A DNA stretch of 64,000 nt from Candidatus Dadabacteria bacterium (GCA_026706695.1 JAPOYE010000047.1:1760-65759); one strand, 5' to 3'. Shown: positions 38,910-48,529, counted from the first letter of the stretch. Numbers and translations are program-made. Notes: generated from the letters alone by a model not told the origin.

Positions 38910-40331
38910 TTGAAAAAGACAGAGGAAGTTGCGCACGACAACCTAGCTGCTGAAAACTACAAATCGGAACAAAAAATAGAGTTTGACTGGGACGCCGTTC
39001 TCGAAGGCGTCAAGAAAGACCTTTACTTTCCCCCCTCATGGCTGTTTTCCATAAAAGTCGCAAAAATCGAGGGGAAGATGGTCACGCTTGAGGCGAAAAC
39101 CCACTTCCAGGCCCTCTGGGTAAAAAACCACTACCTGCAACTGATAAACGACGCTGCCCGCAACCTCTACGGAAAAGAAGGCTTCCAGGTAACCATAGAT
39201 GCGGGCGAGGAGAACTCCGTTGCCCGGGAAAGCAGAAAAGACAGGGTCCTGGACAACGGGGGAATCAGAGAACCGCACGATCCACAGACAGCAAGCTTTT
39301 TCAGTTCATCCAACACGTTTGACAACTTTGTCGTCGGGCCCAGCAACCAGTTCGCCCACGCCGCCTCATACGCCATAGCGGAGAACCCGGGAATGGCCTA
39401 TAACCCTCTTTTCATACACAGCGGAGTGGGCCTCGGGAAGACCCACCTCCTCCACTCCATCGGGAACCACATACTCAAAAAGTACGGAACCCGCCTGAAT
39501 ACCTTCTGCATCTCGGCCGAGCACTTCACAAACGGGGTGGTGCAGAGCATAAAAACAGGTTCGATGGACAAGTTCAGGAACCTCTACAGACTGAACTGCG
39601 ACGTCCTGCTGATAGACGACATACAGTTCATCGCCGGCAAGGACAGCACGCAGGAGGAGTTCTTTCACACGTTTAACTCCCTCTACACCGCAAAAAAGCA
39701 GATCGTCATAACTAGCGACAAGCCGCCGAGCGTGATGAAGAACTTCGAGGAGCGCCTGAAATCCAGGTTCGAGTGGGGGCTTACGGCCGACATACAGCCG
39801 CCGGAAGTTGAGACTAAGATAGCCATCATAGAGAGAAAGGCCGAGGAGGAACAGATCGAGATTCCGGCCGACGTGGCTTCGTTTGTGGCCCAGAACGTCC
39901 TCTCCAACATAAGGGAGCTTGAAGGCTCAGTGAACAAGCTCTTTGCCTACTCCAAGATGTTCAGAGAGAGAATAACCCTTGAACTGGCAAAGCAACTCCT
40001 CAGCAATCTGGTAAAAAAAGAGGCCCCGAAAATAATAACCATAGACCTCATCCAGAAAGAGGTAAGCTCCTTCTTTGAACTCACCGTGAAGGACCTGAAA
40101 TCCAACCAGAAGCAGAAAAAAGTTTCTGAGCCCAGACAGATAGCGATGTTCCTTTCGAGAAAATACACCTCGTCGTCGTTCCCGGAAATAGGGAACAGGT
40201 TCGGAGGGAAAAACCACTCCACGGTGGTCCACGCAGTAAAAAACGTTGAAAAAAAGATCGGAAGGGATCCTTCGGTCTCAACCGCCGTCACGGCGCTCTC
40301 AACCACCCTCGAGAAGTTCATCACATCCTGA
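38910..40331 (+). CDS. dnaA: chromosomal replication initiator DnaA
   Basis: 473 aa. AAA+ motifs GVGLGKTHLLHSIG and LLIDDIQF, sensor motifs, and the C-terminal DNA-binding helix GGKNHSTVVHA. The track uses a TTG start; the exact start is uncertain. Confidence 0.97.
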   Translation: MKKTEEVAHDNLAAENYKSEQKIEFDWDAVLEGVKKDLYFPPSWLFSIKVAKIEGKMVTLEAKTHFQALWVKNHYLQLINDAARNLYGKEGFQVTIDAGEENSVARESRKDRVLDNGGIREPHDPQTASFFSSSNTFDNFVVGPSNQFAHAASYAIAENPGMAYNPLFIHSGVGLGKTHLLHSIGNHILKKYGTRLNTFCISAEHFTNGVVQSIKTGSMDKFRNLYRLNCDVLLIDDIQFIAGKDSTQEEFFHTFNSLYTAKKQIVITSDKPPSVMKNFEERLKSRFEWGLTADIQPPEVETKIAIIERKAEEEQIEIPADVASFVAQNVLSNIRELEGSVNKLFAYSKMFRERITLELAKQLLSNLVKKEAPKIITIDLIQKEVSSFFELTVKDLKSNQKQKKVSEPRQIAMFLSRKYTSSSFPEIGNRFGGKNHSTVVHAVKNVEKKIGRDPSVSTAVTALSTTLEKFITS

Positions 40332-40494
40332 ACCAGCCAGAAAACAGCCTGTCAGAGAAAACTGAAAATGCTGTGCAAGAACCCTTGTTTCCGCACAGTT
40401 ATGGAACGAACAAAAAGAGAGGGTGTGAATACCTGTTGGGAAAAAGAAAAGTTATAAACACGGTCCTTAACCGAAAAGTCGAGGGGTTCTAGGG

Positions 40495-40520
40495 GATTTC
40501 ACTGATTTCACCCTTTTCAC
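40495..40520 (+). repeat. three direct 8-mers at 9-bp phase: GATTTCAC / GATTTCAC / CTTTTCAC
   Basis: Read directly: 40495-40502, 40504-40511 and 40513-40520. The TTTCAC core equals the inner part of the parS half-site TGTTTCAC. Confidence 0.85.
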
Positions 40521-40526
40521 AACAAT

Positions 40527-40544
40527 TACTACTACTGCTACTGG
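40527..40544 (-). repeat. trinucleotide tract TACTACTACTGCTACTGG (minus strand C-CAG-TAG-CAG-TAG-TAG-TAA), DnaA-trio-like
   Basis: Read directly. On the minus strand four of six triplets are 5'-TA(G/A)-3', the DnaA-trio consensus. The AT-rich AAAAGCTTTAAAGCTTATTAAAGATAGAAA follows. Confidence 0.45.
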
Positions 40545-40712
40545 AAAAGCTTTAAAGCTTATTAAAGATAGAAACAGTAGCGGAAAAGCACCGGGGCTTG
40601 TGATTTATGGTTTTGTAGGGAAAAGTGGTTATTATCATACGGAGAAGCTGTTTACATATAAAGGAATAAAGAAAAGAAGCTTTTTTCCGAAACCGGAGGT
40701 TTTTCTCTCAAG

Positions 40713-41873
40713 ATGATGTTTAAAATCAAAGGCGGAGATTTTTCAAGAAAGCTGGGAATGATCCAGGGAGTCGTGGAGAAAAGAACGACCATGCCGATTC
40801 TCTCCCATGTTCTTATGAGTTCTACAGACAAAGGCCTGTTTCTGGAAGCTACCGATCTTGAAAACACGGCCACGGTTTTCTGCGATGTCGAGACTGAAGG
40901 AGAGTTCAAGATGGCGGTTCCCGCGGGGATCCTTTCGGATCTCGTGAGGGAGATCAAGGAAGAAGAGGAAATTTCGGTCACCGCTACCGAGAACAACTGG
41001 ATCGAGGTGGTTACCAGCTCGGGTTCTTTCAAGATAGCGGGGCTCGCGGCCGACGATTTCCCCAGGATACCCGAGGTTTCTTCGGAGAACCTGTTCCAGT
41101 TTTCCTCCGAGAGGTTTGAGGAGATGATATCCAAGACGGTCTTTTCTGTCTCCGATGATGAAATGAGAAGAAGCCTCTCAGGAGTTTTTTTCGAAAAAAG
41201 AGGGGAGCAGACACTCAGGCTTGTCGCCACTGACGGTCACAGACTCAGCTTTGTCGATGAAAAAATAGAGAACCTCAACCTGCCGAAGGATATTCTGGTT
41301 CCCAAAAAAGCGGTTATGGAGATGAGAAGACTTCTTCGCCTCTCTAAGGAAGTCAGGGTCGGGAGCAGCGGAAACTTCTTCGTTTTCGAGTTAAACGACG
41401 AAAACCTTGTTTTCATTTCCAGGGTGATTGACGCTGAATTTCCGGACTACATGCAGGTGGTTCCGGTCTCGACGAAAAACACGGTCACGGTCGATGCATC
41501 CAAGCTTCTGGTTGCGCTCAGGCGGGTTTCCCTTTTTTCCGCGGACAACGTGAGGGGCGGGGGCAGGTTCGTGGAAATGGCCTTCGGCGAAGGGAGGCTG
41601 CTTCTAGGTGCCTATCTTAACACCGGCGAGGGGAAAGAGAGCATACCGGTTGAGTATTCAGGGGATGAGGTGAAGCTTGGTTTTAACTTCACGTATTTCC
41701 AGGATGTTCTTGATGCCGTGGGATCTTCGGAAGTGATAATAGGTTTTTCCGGCCACAAAAACCCGGTTTACTTGGTTCCCTGCTCGGAAGGCGAAAAGCA
41801 GGACGGCTACGTGAACGTGATAATGCCAATGGAACTTGACGCCAGAGCGGCGGAGGGGCAGGCGAGGGAATAA
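40713..41873 (+). CDS. dnaN: DNA polymerase III beta sliding clamp
   Basis: 386 aa with the N-terminus ...VEKRTTMPILSHVLM, a three-domain clamp length, and the expected position after dnaA. Confidence 0.95.
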   Translation: MMFKIKGGDFSRKLGMIQGVVEKRTTMPILSHVLMSSTDKGLFLEATDLENTATVFCDVETEGEFKMAVPAGILSDLVREIKEEEEISVTATENNWIEVVTSSGSFKIAGLAADDFPRIPEVSSENLFQFSSERFEEMISKTVFSVSDDEMRRSLSGVFFEKRGEQTLRLVATDGHRLSFVDEKIENLNLPKDILVPKKAVMEMRRLLRLSKEVRVGSSGNFFVFELNDENLVFISRVIDAEFPDYMQVVPVSTKNTVTVDASKLLVALRRVSLFSADNVRGGGRFVEMAFGEGRLLLGAYLNTGEGKESIPVEYSGDEVKLGFNFTYFQDVLDAVGSSEVIIGFSGHKNPVYLVPCSEGEKQDGYVNVIMPMELDARAAEGQARE

Positions 41874-41889
41874 TCCTCGTACCTTTAAG

Positions 41890-43356
41890 ATGCTAGGTGG
41901 ATTCATCGGAGTCGATTTTTCCGGCGGGAAGGTCAGGACCGTAACCGTAAGAAGGGGACTCAAGGGGACTGAAGTCCGCAAGGCCTCCTCCACCGGGGGG
42001 CTTGGGAGCGGCGACACGTCGGCTTTTTTCAAAGACGAAATTTCTCTCGGGACCAGAGCCGTTACCGGAATCTGCTCTTCCCCGCTTCTTCTCAGGGTTC
42101 TCAAATTTCCTTTCACCGATTCAAAGAAGCTCAGGGGGGTTTTCCGCTTCGAGCTTGAGAACTCAACCGGGTTCACCCTGGGAGAGGACGTGCTGTCCGA
42201 CTACCACGAGGTGAGGAAACCGGAAGGGGCCGAGATCATCGTTCCCGCTTTTGAGAAGGGGGCGTTTGAGGACTATCTGGGCTCCCTGCGGGAGTCTGGT
42301 GTGGATCCGGACCAGGTGACTTTCACGCCGGTTGCGTTTTCTTCTCTGGGGGAACTTATTGAAGGGTCGAGACCGCTTCTCCTTATAGACGCCGACCAGG
42401 ACCACCTCAATTTCTCGTTTTTTGACGAAAGCGGGCTCAGCAGGGTGAGGAACTGCGACGACGCACTCGAGAGAATGAAAAAATCCCTTGCCGCGGATGA
42501 CCTCGACTTGGAGCAGATAAACAGCGACGAGGAGAAGAGGAAGGGGTTTCTTGAAAACTGCCGCTTCATCACAGAAGAGATAAGAAACACCATACGCTAC
42601 TTTGAGGGAGAGACGGGAGAGGAGGTAAAGAACCTGGTTCTCACCGGAGGGATATGCGAGGTGGATGGAGTTACAAAAGAACTTACCGAGCAGCTCGGCC
42701 GGGAAGTGAAAAGAATTTTCATAGAGCAGCTCGGCCACAATGACTCTCCTTTTTTCGCAAGGGCGTATGCTCTTGCGCTTTACGGAGGTTCCTCCGGCAA
42801 GGGAGGAAGACTCAACCTGAGAAGGGACGGATACAGGCCGCGGGGGATGGCGGGGGGTTTGTTAAAGGAATTTCGGGTTCCCGTCGCCCTGTGCGCCGCC
42901 CTGCTTCTTGTGTTTGTTTTTGGGCGCGTGACGGAAGTGGTCTCCGCCAGGAGCAAGATGAGTTCCATACGCTCCGAGATGGAGATGGATCTCAGGAGGG
43001 AGTTTCCACAGGCCGCGGGGACGCAGGACCCGGTTGCTTTTTACAGGGGGAAGCTTGAAGTCATCAACCGAAAGCTCGACATACTGAAGCAGGTAAGAGG
43101 GGCCCACAGCCCGCTAGAGGTGCTGACGGCGGTTTCCGCCGCCATTCCTAGGGACGTGAGTTTCTCCGTTGACGAAATAAGGATCGAGGACGGGGGCAAG
43201 GCCAAGATATGGGGCAGGAGCGATTCCTACGAGGAGATAGCGTCGATAGAGAAAGCCTTCTCGGAGTCCGGCAGCTTCACCCAGGTGAAGATGGGACAGG
43301 TCGGAAAGGCCATCAGCAGCGGTTTGAAATTCGAAATATCAATGGTCGTCAGGTGA
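41890..43356 (+). CDS. GspL-like protein (PilM-type actin-like cytoplasmic domain + TM + PilN/GspL periplasmic domain)
   Basis: Start set at MLGGFIGVDFSGGKV, 16 nt after the dnaN stop. It has an actin-like fold pattern (IGVDFSG..., LLLIDADQDHLNFSFF, LVLTGGICEVDG), a single TM segment (VALCAALLLVFVFG) and about 150 periplasmic residues. Confidence 0.55.
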   Translation: MLGGFIGVDFSGGKVRTVTVRRGLKGTEVRKASSTGGLGSGDTSAFFKDEISLGTRAVTGICSSPLLLRVLKFPFTDSKKLRGVFRFELENSTGFTLGEDVLSDYHEVRKPEGAEIIVPAFEKGAFEDYLGSLRESGVDPDQVTFTPVAFSSLGELIEGSRPLLLIDADQDHLNFSFFDESGLSRVRNCDDALERMKKSLAADDLDLEQINSDEEKRKGFLENCRFITEEIRNTIRYFEGETGEEVKNLVLTGGICEVDGVTKELTEQLGREVKRIFIEQLGHNDSPFFARAYALALYGGSSGKGGRLNLRRDGYRPRGMAGGLLKEFRVPVALCAALLLVFVFGRVTEVVSARSKMSSIRSEMEMDLRREFPQAAGTQDPVAFYRGKLEVINRKLDILKQVRGAHSPLEVLTAVSAAIPRDVSFSVDEIRIEDGGKAKIWGRSDSYEEIASIEKAFSESGSFTQVKMGQVGKAISSGLKFEISMVVR

Positions 43357-43358
43357 AA

Positions 43359-43991
43359 ATGAAGGAGCTAGTGCAAAGACTGGTGCAGGGACTCAAATCC
43401 CTTCTCTCGGCGGTTCTGGGAAGAGCCGAACCCTTGGCGCGAAGGGTAAGGGAGCTCATAGACAGGGGAGAATTCTCCGCGAGGGATATCCGCGCCCTCA
43501 AGATAGCCGCCGCAGCCCTTGCCGTTTTCATACTCTTTTCCGCCTACAGGGCGGTTTTCCCCGGGGGTTCCGAGGTAAAAAGCGAGGTAAGCCAGGTGAG
43601 ACTGCAGCTAAGCGAGATGAGGTCCATTAAGGAGGAGTACCGCTACTCCAGGGATCTCCTGGCCGAGTTTAGCGGTTCGATGAAGGAGGAGAGGGATGCG
43701 CTTATTTCGGTTGCGGAGAAAGCGCTCGTCAGAAACGGCATAGACCCCCGCTCATTTTCCATAAAGGGAACAAACCCGTCGGTTAGGGGAAAGGGAATAA
43801 ACCGGGAAAGAGCAGTCCTGGTCAAGATAAACAAGGTGCCCGTCCCAAGGGTGTTCAACGTTCTCTATACCTTTCAGAGAAGCAAGACCATACTCAAGGT
43901 CTCGGACCTTAGGATAAAAACCAGGTTCGACAACCCCAACCTGACTGACGTTTCGTTCCGACTATCCACTTTTTCTTTCAGTGAATCGTGA
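43359..43991 (+). CDS. GspM/PilO-like bitopic membrane protein
   Basis: Start at the ATG at 43359, 2 nt after the upstream stop. Cytoplasmic N-terminus, one TM segment (LKIAAAALAVFILFSAY) and a ~130-aa periplasmic domain. Assigned by architecture and position. Confidence 0.45.
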   Translation: MKELVQRLVQGLKSLLSAVLGRAEPLARRVRELIDRGEFSARDIRALKIAAAALAVFILFSAYRAVFPGGSEVKSEVSQVRLQLSEMRSIKEEYRYSRDLLAEFSGSMKEERDALISVAEKALVRNGIDPRSFSIKGTNPSVRGKGINRERAVLVKINKVPVPRVFNVLYTFQRSKTILKVSDLRIKTRFDNPNLTDVSFRLSTFSFSES

Positions 43992-44908
43992 GCGGAGAAA
44001 AGATGAAGATAAAGACCAGAATCAAAATACCGGAGAAACTCTCCGTCCGTCTCTACATCGGGGTTTTCTTCGCGTTTTTTCTGATTTTTCTTCTTCTGGG
44101 GTTTCCAAGGGACTCGGTCGAAAGAAGGATCATCTTCGAGATACAGAGCAATTCCCCGGTTCCGGTTCTGATAGGGGATGCGGACCTGAGGGGTCTTTCC
44201 TCGATTGAGCTCAGGGACATCCGAGTGATGCTCGGGGAAAGGGAGCCGCTTGTGATTGACAGGGCCAGGGTGAGCGCCGGGCTTCTGTCCGTTATTTTCT
44301 CCGATGACACCCGGATTTCCTTCTCCGTCGATGCCTACGGCGGGAAGATAGACGGCAAGGTTTCACAGAACATGAAGAAAAAAAGCGTCACAAGCGCGGA
44401 GGTGGACATAAATTCCGTCGAATCCTCGACCGTTTCACGTCTTTTTCTGGGGGACGGAGGGATTTCCGTCAGCGGGAAGATAGACGGGACCATAAAGCTT
44501 ATCGGGGAGGGGGAAAGCGGAGGGATATCGAAGATGGAATACCTGGTGTCCTCTCCTTCTTTTTCGGTTGCCATAGGCAAGGTGCAGGGGTTTGAGGTGG
44601 GGGAGGAGTACAGGAACCTGAGCGTCGTGCTTCGCGGCACCGCCAACCGCTTTGAATCGCGGGTCGAGAAGCTTTCCCTCACGAACCCGCAACTATCCCT
44701 GCAGGCGGAGGGAAAAGCCCCGTCTCCGCTTCGCTTAAGAAAGGGGGCCGCCCTTGATCTCTCCGTTACATTCAGGCCTTCTCCGGAGGATGTGAAGCTT
44801 GCTCTTGTCGGCAGTTTTCTTGGTTCCCGCGGAGACGGTAGCTTCTCCGGAAGAATCCGGGGAACGCTTGCGGAGCCCAGGATTTTAAAGGGGAACGGAG
44901 GCAGTTAA
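43988..44908 (+). CDS. GspN-like membrane protein
   Basis: 306 aa with a 4-nt overlap with the upstream gene, an N-terminal TM segment (LYIGVFFAFFLIFLLLGF) and a beta-rich periplasmic domain. Assigned by size, topology and order only. Confidence 0.4.
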   Translation: MSGEKMKIKTRIKIPEKLSVRLYIGVFFAFFLIFLLLGFPRDSVERRIIFEIQSNSPVPVLIGDADLRGLSSIELRDIRVMLGEREPLVIDRARVSAGLLSVIFSDDTRISFSVDAYGGKIDGKVSQNMKKKSVTSAEVDINSVESSTVSRLFLGDGGISVSGKIDGTIKLIGEGESGGISKMEYLVSSPSFSVAIGKVQGFEVGEEYRNLSVVLRGTANRFESRVEKLSLTNPQLSLQAEGKAPSPLRLRKGAALDLSVTFRPSPEDVKLALVGSFLGSRGDGSFSGRIRGTLAEPRILKGNGGS

Positions 44909-44997
44909 GAGCCCCGTTTTTACCCCCCTGCGGGCTATTTGACTTTGCCCTACCCCCTCGCTATCCTTCTCAAAAATATTCTCCTTAAGACTGGATA

Positions 44998-46083
44998 ATG
45001 GACTCCAAAAAAGAACTTTCCGACGTAAGAAAAAAAATAGACGCCATTGATTCCGAGCTGCTTGAACTTGTAAACAAGCGGGCCGAGCTTGCGATAGAGG
45101 TAAGCGCACTCAAGAAAAAGGATCTTTTGGGAATTTACGACCGGAGCAGGGAAAGCGAGGTGGAGGGCAAGATAGCGGAAACCAACACCGGCCCCCTCTC
45201 CGACGAGGACGTCCTTCTTATTTTCAGGGAGATAATATCACGCTGCAGGTCCCTTCAGCACCAAGAGAAAGTCGCCTACCTCGGACCCGCGGGCAGCTTC
45301 TCAAACCAGGCGGCGTTTCGGAAGTTCGGTGCCGCCTCGGAGTTTTTTCCCGTAAACAGCCTCGAAGATGTGTTCGAGGAAGTGCACAGCCAGAGGGCCG
45401 ATTTCGGCATAGTACCCGTCGAGAACTCGGTTGAGGGCTCGGTGGGGGACGTGCTTGACATGCTCGTCCGGTGGGACCTTGACGTCTCGTCCGAGTGTTT
45501 CGAGCGTATTGAACACTTCCTGCTCTCCATTGATGGAGACGCCAGTAAAATAAGGACCGTGGCCTCGCATCCCCACGCCCTCGGGCAGTGCAGGAAATGG
45601 ATTGCCTCGAACCTCTACGGCGTCGCGCTTCTTGAGACCCCGAGCACCGCGGCGGCGGCGAAAATAGCCGCGAGGGACGAGAGCGTCGCCGCGATCGCAA
45701 GCGAGTTCTCAGGGTCGATATACAACCTGAAGACAATACAGAGCTACATAGAGGACAGCCCGCGCAACACGACCCGGTTCGTGGTGGTGGGAAGGGAGAA
45801 ACCTCCCCCGAGCGGAGAAGACAAGACTTCGATCGCCTTTTCCGTCAAGGATGAGCCGGGAGCGCTTCACGCGACATTTTTTCTCCCCTTTTCCGAATCC
45901 GGCATAAACCTCACCAAAATCGAGTCCAGACCCTCGCGCGACGGGCAGTGGGAGTACGTGTTTTTCGCCGACTTCTCGGGACACCGCGAAGAGGAGGCTG
46001 TAAAGGAGGCCCTAGAGAGGGTGGAAGCCAACTGCGTTTTCCTCAAAGTGCTGGGATCCTATCCCGCCGAAACACCGGGATGA
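44998..46083 (+). CDS. pheA: bifunctional chorismate mutase / prephenate dehydratase
   Basis: 361 aa: N-terminal CM_2 (IRKKIDAIDSELLELVNKRAELA), a PDT domain (VAYLGPAGSFS) and an ACT domain (ESRP). Confidence 0.9.
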   Translation: MDSKKELSDVRKKIDAIDSELLELVNKRAELAIEVSALKKKDLLGIYDRSRESEVEGKIAETNTGPLSDEDVLLIFREIISRCRSLQHQEKVAYLGPAGSFSNQAAFRKFGAASEFFPVNSLEDVFEEVHSQRADFGIVPVENSVEGSVGDVLDMLVRWDLDVSSECFERIEHFLLSIDGDASKIRTVASHPHALGQCRKWIASNLYGVALLETPSTAAAAKIAARDESVAAIASEFSGSIYNLKTIQSYIEDSPRNTTRFVVVGREKPPPSGEDKTSIAFSVKDEPGALHATFFLPFSESGINLTKIESRPSRDGQWEYVFFADFSGHREEEAVKEALERVEANCVFLKVLGSYPAETPG

Positions 46084-47195
46084 AGGCGGGCTTGGCGGAC
46101 GAACCCCCCATGGAACCAAGAGCAAGCGTAAAGAACCTTATTCCCTATATTCCGGGAAAGCCGATCGAGGAGCTCGAGCGGGAACTCGGAATCCGGGGCG
46201 CGGCCAAGATGGCTTCGAACGAAAACCCCCTCGGCCCCTCCCCGCTTGCGAAAAAAGCGCTTTCAGAACACGTCTCGAAGGTAAACCTTTATCCAGACGG
46301 GGGCTGCTTTGAGCTCCGCCGGAAACTTTCCGAGAAGCTTGGGGTTCCCGAGGACACGATAGTAATCGGCAACGGCTCGAACGAGGTGATAGAGATCGTC
46401 GCAAGGACCTTTCTCGAGCCCGGGGACGAGGCCATCTACGGACGCCACGCGTTTATCGTTTACCCGATCGTCACCCAGTCGCTCGGGTGCTCGCACGTCG
46501 TCTCCCGGATGCCGGATCTTGTACACGACCTAAAGGACATGCTTTCCCTAGTGACCGAGAAAACGAAAATCATCTACATCGCGAATCCGAACAACCCCAC
46601 CGGGACGATAGTGAGAAGGGATGAGCTCGAGTGGTTCCTCGAGCGGGTTCCCGAGAATATTTTAATACTCGTGGACGAGGCCTATTTCGAGTACGTGGAC
46701 GACCCCGAGTATCCGGACACGCTTCGCTACCACTCGGTCCGCGAATCGCTCGTGACGGTGAGAACCTTCTCCAAGATTTACGGTCTTGCGGGGCTCAGGG
46801 TAGGCTACGGGGTTGCGTCAAGGGAGGCGGTTTCCTACATGGACCGGGTAAGGGAGCCGTTTAACGTGAACTCGGCCGCGCAGGCGGCGGCCTGCGCAGC
46901 GCTTGACGACGATAGACACGTCGCCCGCTCAAGGGAGCTTAACCGCACAGCAAAGGAGTATTTGCGCGAGAAGCTGGGCGAGCTCGGGGTCAGGTACACG
47001 GAGTCTCATACAAATTTCCTTCTCGTGGATCTCGAGAGGGATCCGATGCCGGTTTACGAGGCGCTTCTTCGCGACGGGGTCATAACGAGACCGGTGGGCG
47101 GCTACGGACTTAAAACACACCTGAGGGTAAGTTTCGGCCTCGACAGCGAAAACGAAAAATTCATTGAATCGCTTGGGAGAATTCTCGGAAGATGA
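46080..47195 (+). CDS. hisC: histidinol-phosphate aminotransferase
   Basis: Start moved to the ATG at 46080 (ATGA overlap with the pheA stop). Contains IPYIPGKP, SNENPLGPSP and the PLP lysine context TFSKIYGLAGLRVGY. Confidence 0.9.
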   Translation: MKAGLADEPPMEPRASVKNLIPYIPGKPIEELERELGIRGAAKMASNENPLGPSPLAKKALSEHVSKVNLYPDGGCFELRRKLSEKLGVPEDTIVIGNGSNEVIEIVARTFLEPGDEAIYGRHAFIVYPIVTQSLGCSHVVSRMPDLVHDLKDMLSLVTEKTKIIYIANPNNPTGTIVRRDELEWFLERVPENILILVDEAYFEYVDDPEYPDTLRYHSVRESLVTVRTFSKIYGLAGLRVGYGVASREAVSYMDRVREPFNVNSAAQAAACAALDDDRHVARSRELNRTAKEYLREKLGELGVRYTESHTNFLLVDLERDPMPVYEALLRDGVITRPVGGYGLKTHLRVSFGLDSENEKFIESLGRILGR

Positions 47196-48046
47196 CTTTT
47201 AAAAAAGTAGCGGTGGTGGGTCTCGGGCTGATAGGAGGCTCCCTTGCGGCTGCCCTTCGCGAATCGGGGGAAGTTGGGGAAGTCTTCGGGGTCGAGCGGG
47301 ACGCGGAGTCACTCCGCTTCGCCCTTGAAAACGGAATCACGGACTCAGGCGCTTCCGAAATCGGCCCCGGCATGTCGGAGTCAGAAATAGTTGTCGTTGC
47401 TACCTATGTCGACACCATAGCGCAGGTGGCCGGGGAAGTTTCCGGATTCGTTTCCCCCGGCACGGTGGTTTGCGATGTGGGAAGCGTAAAGGCTTCTTTG
47501 GTAAGGGAAATGGAAAAGGGCCCCCGGAATATCCGCTTTGTCGGAGCCCATCCCATCGCGGGGAGGGAAACATCCGGCGTCATGGAGTCTGACCCCGGTC
47601 TTTTTTCAGGGAAAAGATGCGTTGTCACTCCCACGGAAAGCACAAACCCCGAAGCTCTTTCCATGGTGAAAACACTTTTTTCGCTCATTGGAAGCGAGGT
47701 GGTCGAGATGAATCCCGAATCCCATGACGAGATCTTTTCGCTTGTAAGCCATCTTCCCCATGCGGTCGCCTACTCGCTTGTGAGCGCGGTGGCTTCTGGG
47801 GGAGGAGACAGAAACCTTTTTGATTTTTCAGGCGGGGGCCTTGCCGACTTCACTAGGATCGCCGGCAGCTCCCCCGAGATGTGGGCCGGTATTTTTATCG
47901 AGAACCGCGAGGCGCTGCTGGGCGCCATCCGCGGCTTCGCGGGAAAGCTCGGGGAAATTGAAAAAGCCATCGCCTCCGGTAATGTAGAAGATCTGACAGT
48001 TCTTTTGAAGGAAGCCTGGGATTCAAAGAAGAATCTCGGGGAGTGA
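47192..48046 (+). CDS. tyrA: prephenate dehydrogenase
   Basis: 284 aa with the Rossmann motif [14 protein letters not shown] and HPIAGRE. Confidence 0.85.
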   Translation: MTFKKVAVVGLGLIGGSLAAALRESGEVGEVFGVERDAESLRFALENGITDSGASEIGPGMSESEIVVVATYVDTIAQVAGEVSGFVSPGTVVCDVGSVKASLVREMEKGPRNIRFVGAHPIAGRETSGVMESDPGLFSGKRCVVTPTESTNPEALSMVKTLFSLIGSEVVEMNPESHDEIFSLVSHLPHAVAYSLVSAVASGGGDRNLFDFSGGGLADFTRIAGSSPEMWAGIFIENREALLGAIRGFAGKLGEIEKAIASGNVEDLTVLLKEAWDSKKNLGE

Positions 48047-48053
48047 GAAGATA

Positions 48054-48449
48054 ATGTCTGAGAAGATAGAGAAAACGGATGAGCAGTGGCAGGAGGAGCT
48101 CTCCCCCGAGGAGTTTCTTGTCACGAGGAAGAAGGGCACCGAGAGGGCCTTTACCGGAAAGTACCACGACCATCACAAAAAGGGCATGTATACCTGCGTG
48201 TGCTGCGGGCAGAAGCTTTTCCGTTTCTCAGAGAAGTTCGATTCCGGCACGGGATGGCCGAGCTTCTGGGAGCCCGTCTCGCAGGAGAACATAGAGGAGA
48301 AGACCGATCATTCCCACGGGATGACGAGAACGGAGGTTCTCTGCTCAAAGTGCGACGCACACCTGGGACATGTTTTCCCCGACGGCCCCAAGCCCACAGG
48401 GCTTAGATACTGCATAAATTCTGCCTCTTTGGATTTTGAAGAAGAGTAG
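48054..48449 (+). CDS. msrB: peptide-methionine (R)-S-oxide reductase
   Basis: 131 aa with zinc CxxC pairs ([18 protein letters not shown]), GWPSF and the catalytic RYCINS. Confidence 0.95.
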   Translation: MSEKIEKTDEQWQEELSPEEFLVTRKKGTERAFTGKYHDHHKKGMYTCVCCGQKLFRFSEKFDSGTGWPSFWEPVSQENIEEKTDHSHGMTRTEVLCSKCDAHLGHVFPDGPKPTGLRYCINSASLDFEEE

Positions 48450-48457
48450 CAGGGAAG

Positions 48458-48529
48458 TGGCGACGGGTGGGTTCGAACCACCGACACAGGCCTTATGAGA
48501 GCCCCGCTCTACCCCTGAGCTACGCCGCC
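48458..48529 (-). tRNA. tRNA-Met (anticodon CAT), elongator-type; tRNA-Ile2 (lysidine) identity cannot be excluded
   Basis: Hand-folded cloverleaf. Acceptor GGCGGCG/CGTCGCC (one G-U), D arm GCTC-AGGGGTA-GAGC, anticodon arm GGGCT-CTCATAA-GGCCT, T arm GGTGG-TTCGAAC-CCACC, discriminator A. CCA is not encoded. Confidence 0.85.

Larger units (their letters stand above)
40332..40712. promoter_or_regulatory. candidate oriC / DNA-unwinding region in the dnaA-dnaN spacer
   Basis: A 381-bp gene-free spacer in the classical oriC position. It holds two 7/9 DnaA-box matches (TGTGAATAC 40424-40432; TTATAAACA 40452-40460), three phased 9-mers, a trinucleotide tract and an AT-rich stretch (see the repeat features). 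Confidence 0.5.

Noticed and set aside
40495-40544. Short phased repeats, considered as a mini CRISPR or tandem-repeat array.
   Set aside because: The units are only 8-9 bp with no spacers, and there are no cas genes. Their position between dnaA and dnaN fits origin elements instead.
48458-48529. Initiator (fMet) identity for the CAT-anticodon tRNA.
   Set aside because: Position 1:72 is a G-C pair, not the C:A mismatch of initiators. The three consecutive G-C pairs adjacent to the anticodon loop are also absent. Elongator Met or Ile2 remains possible.
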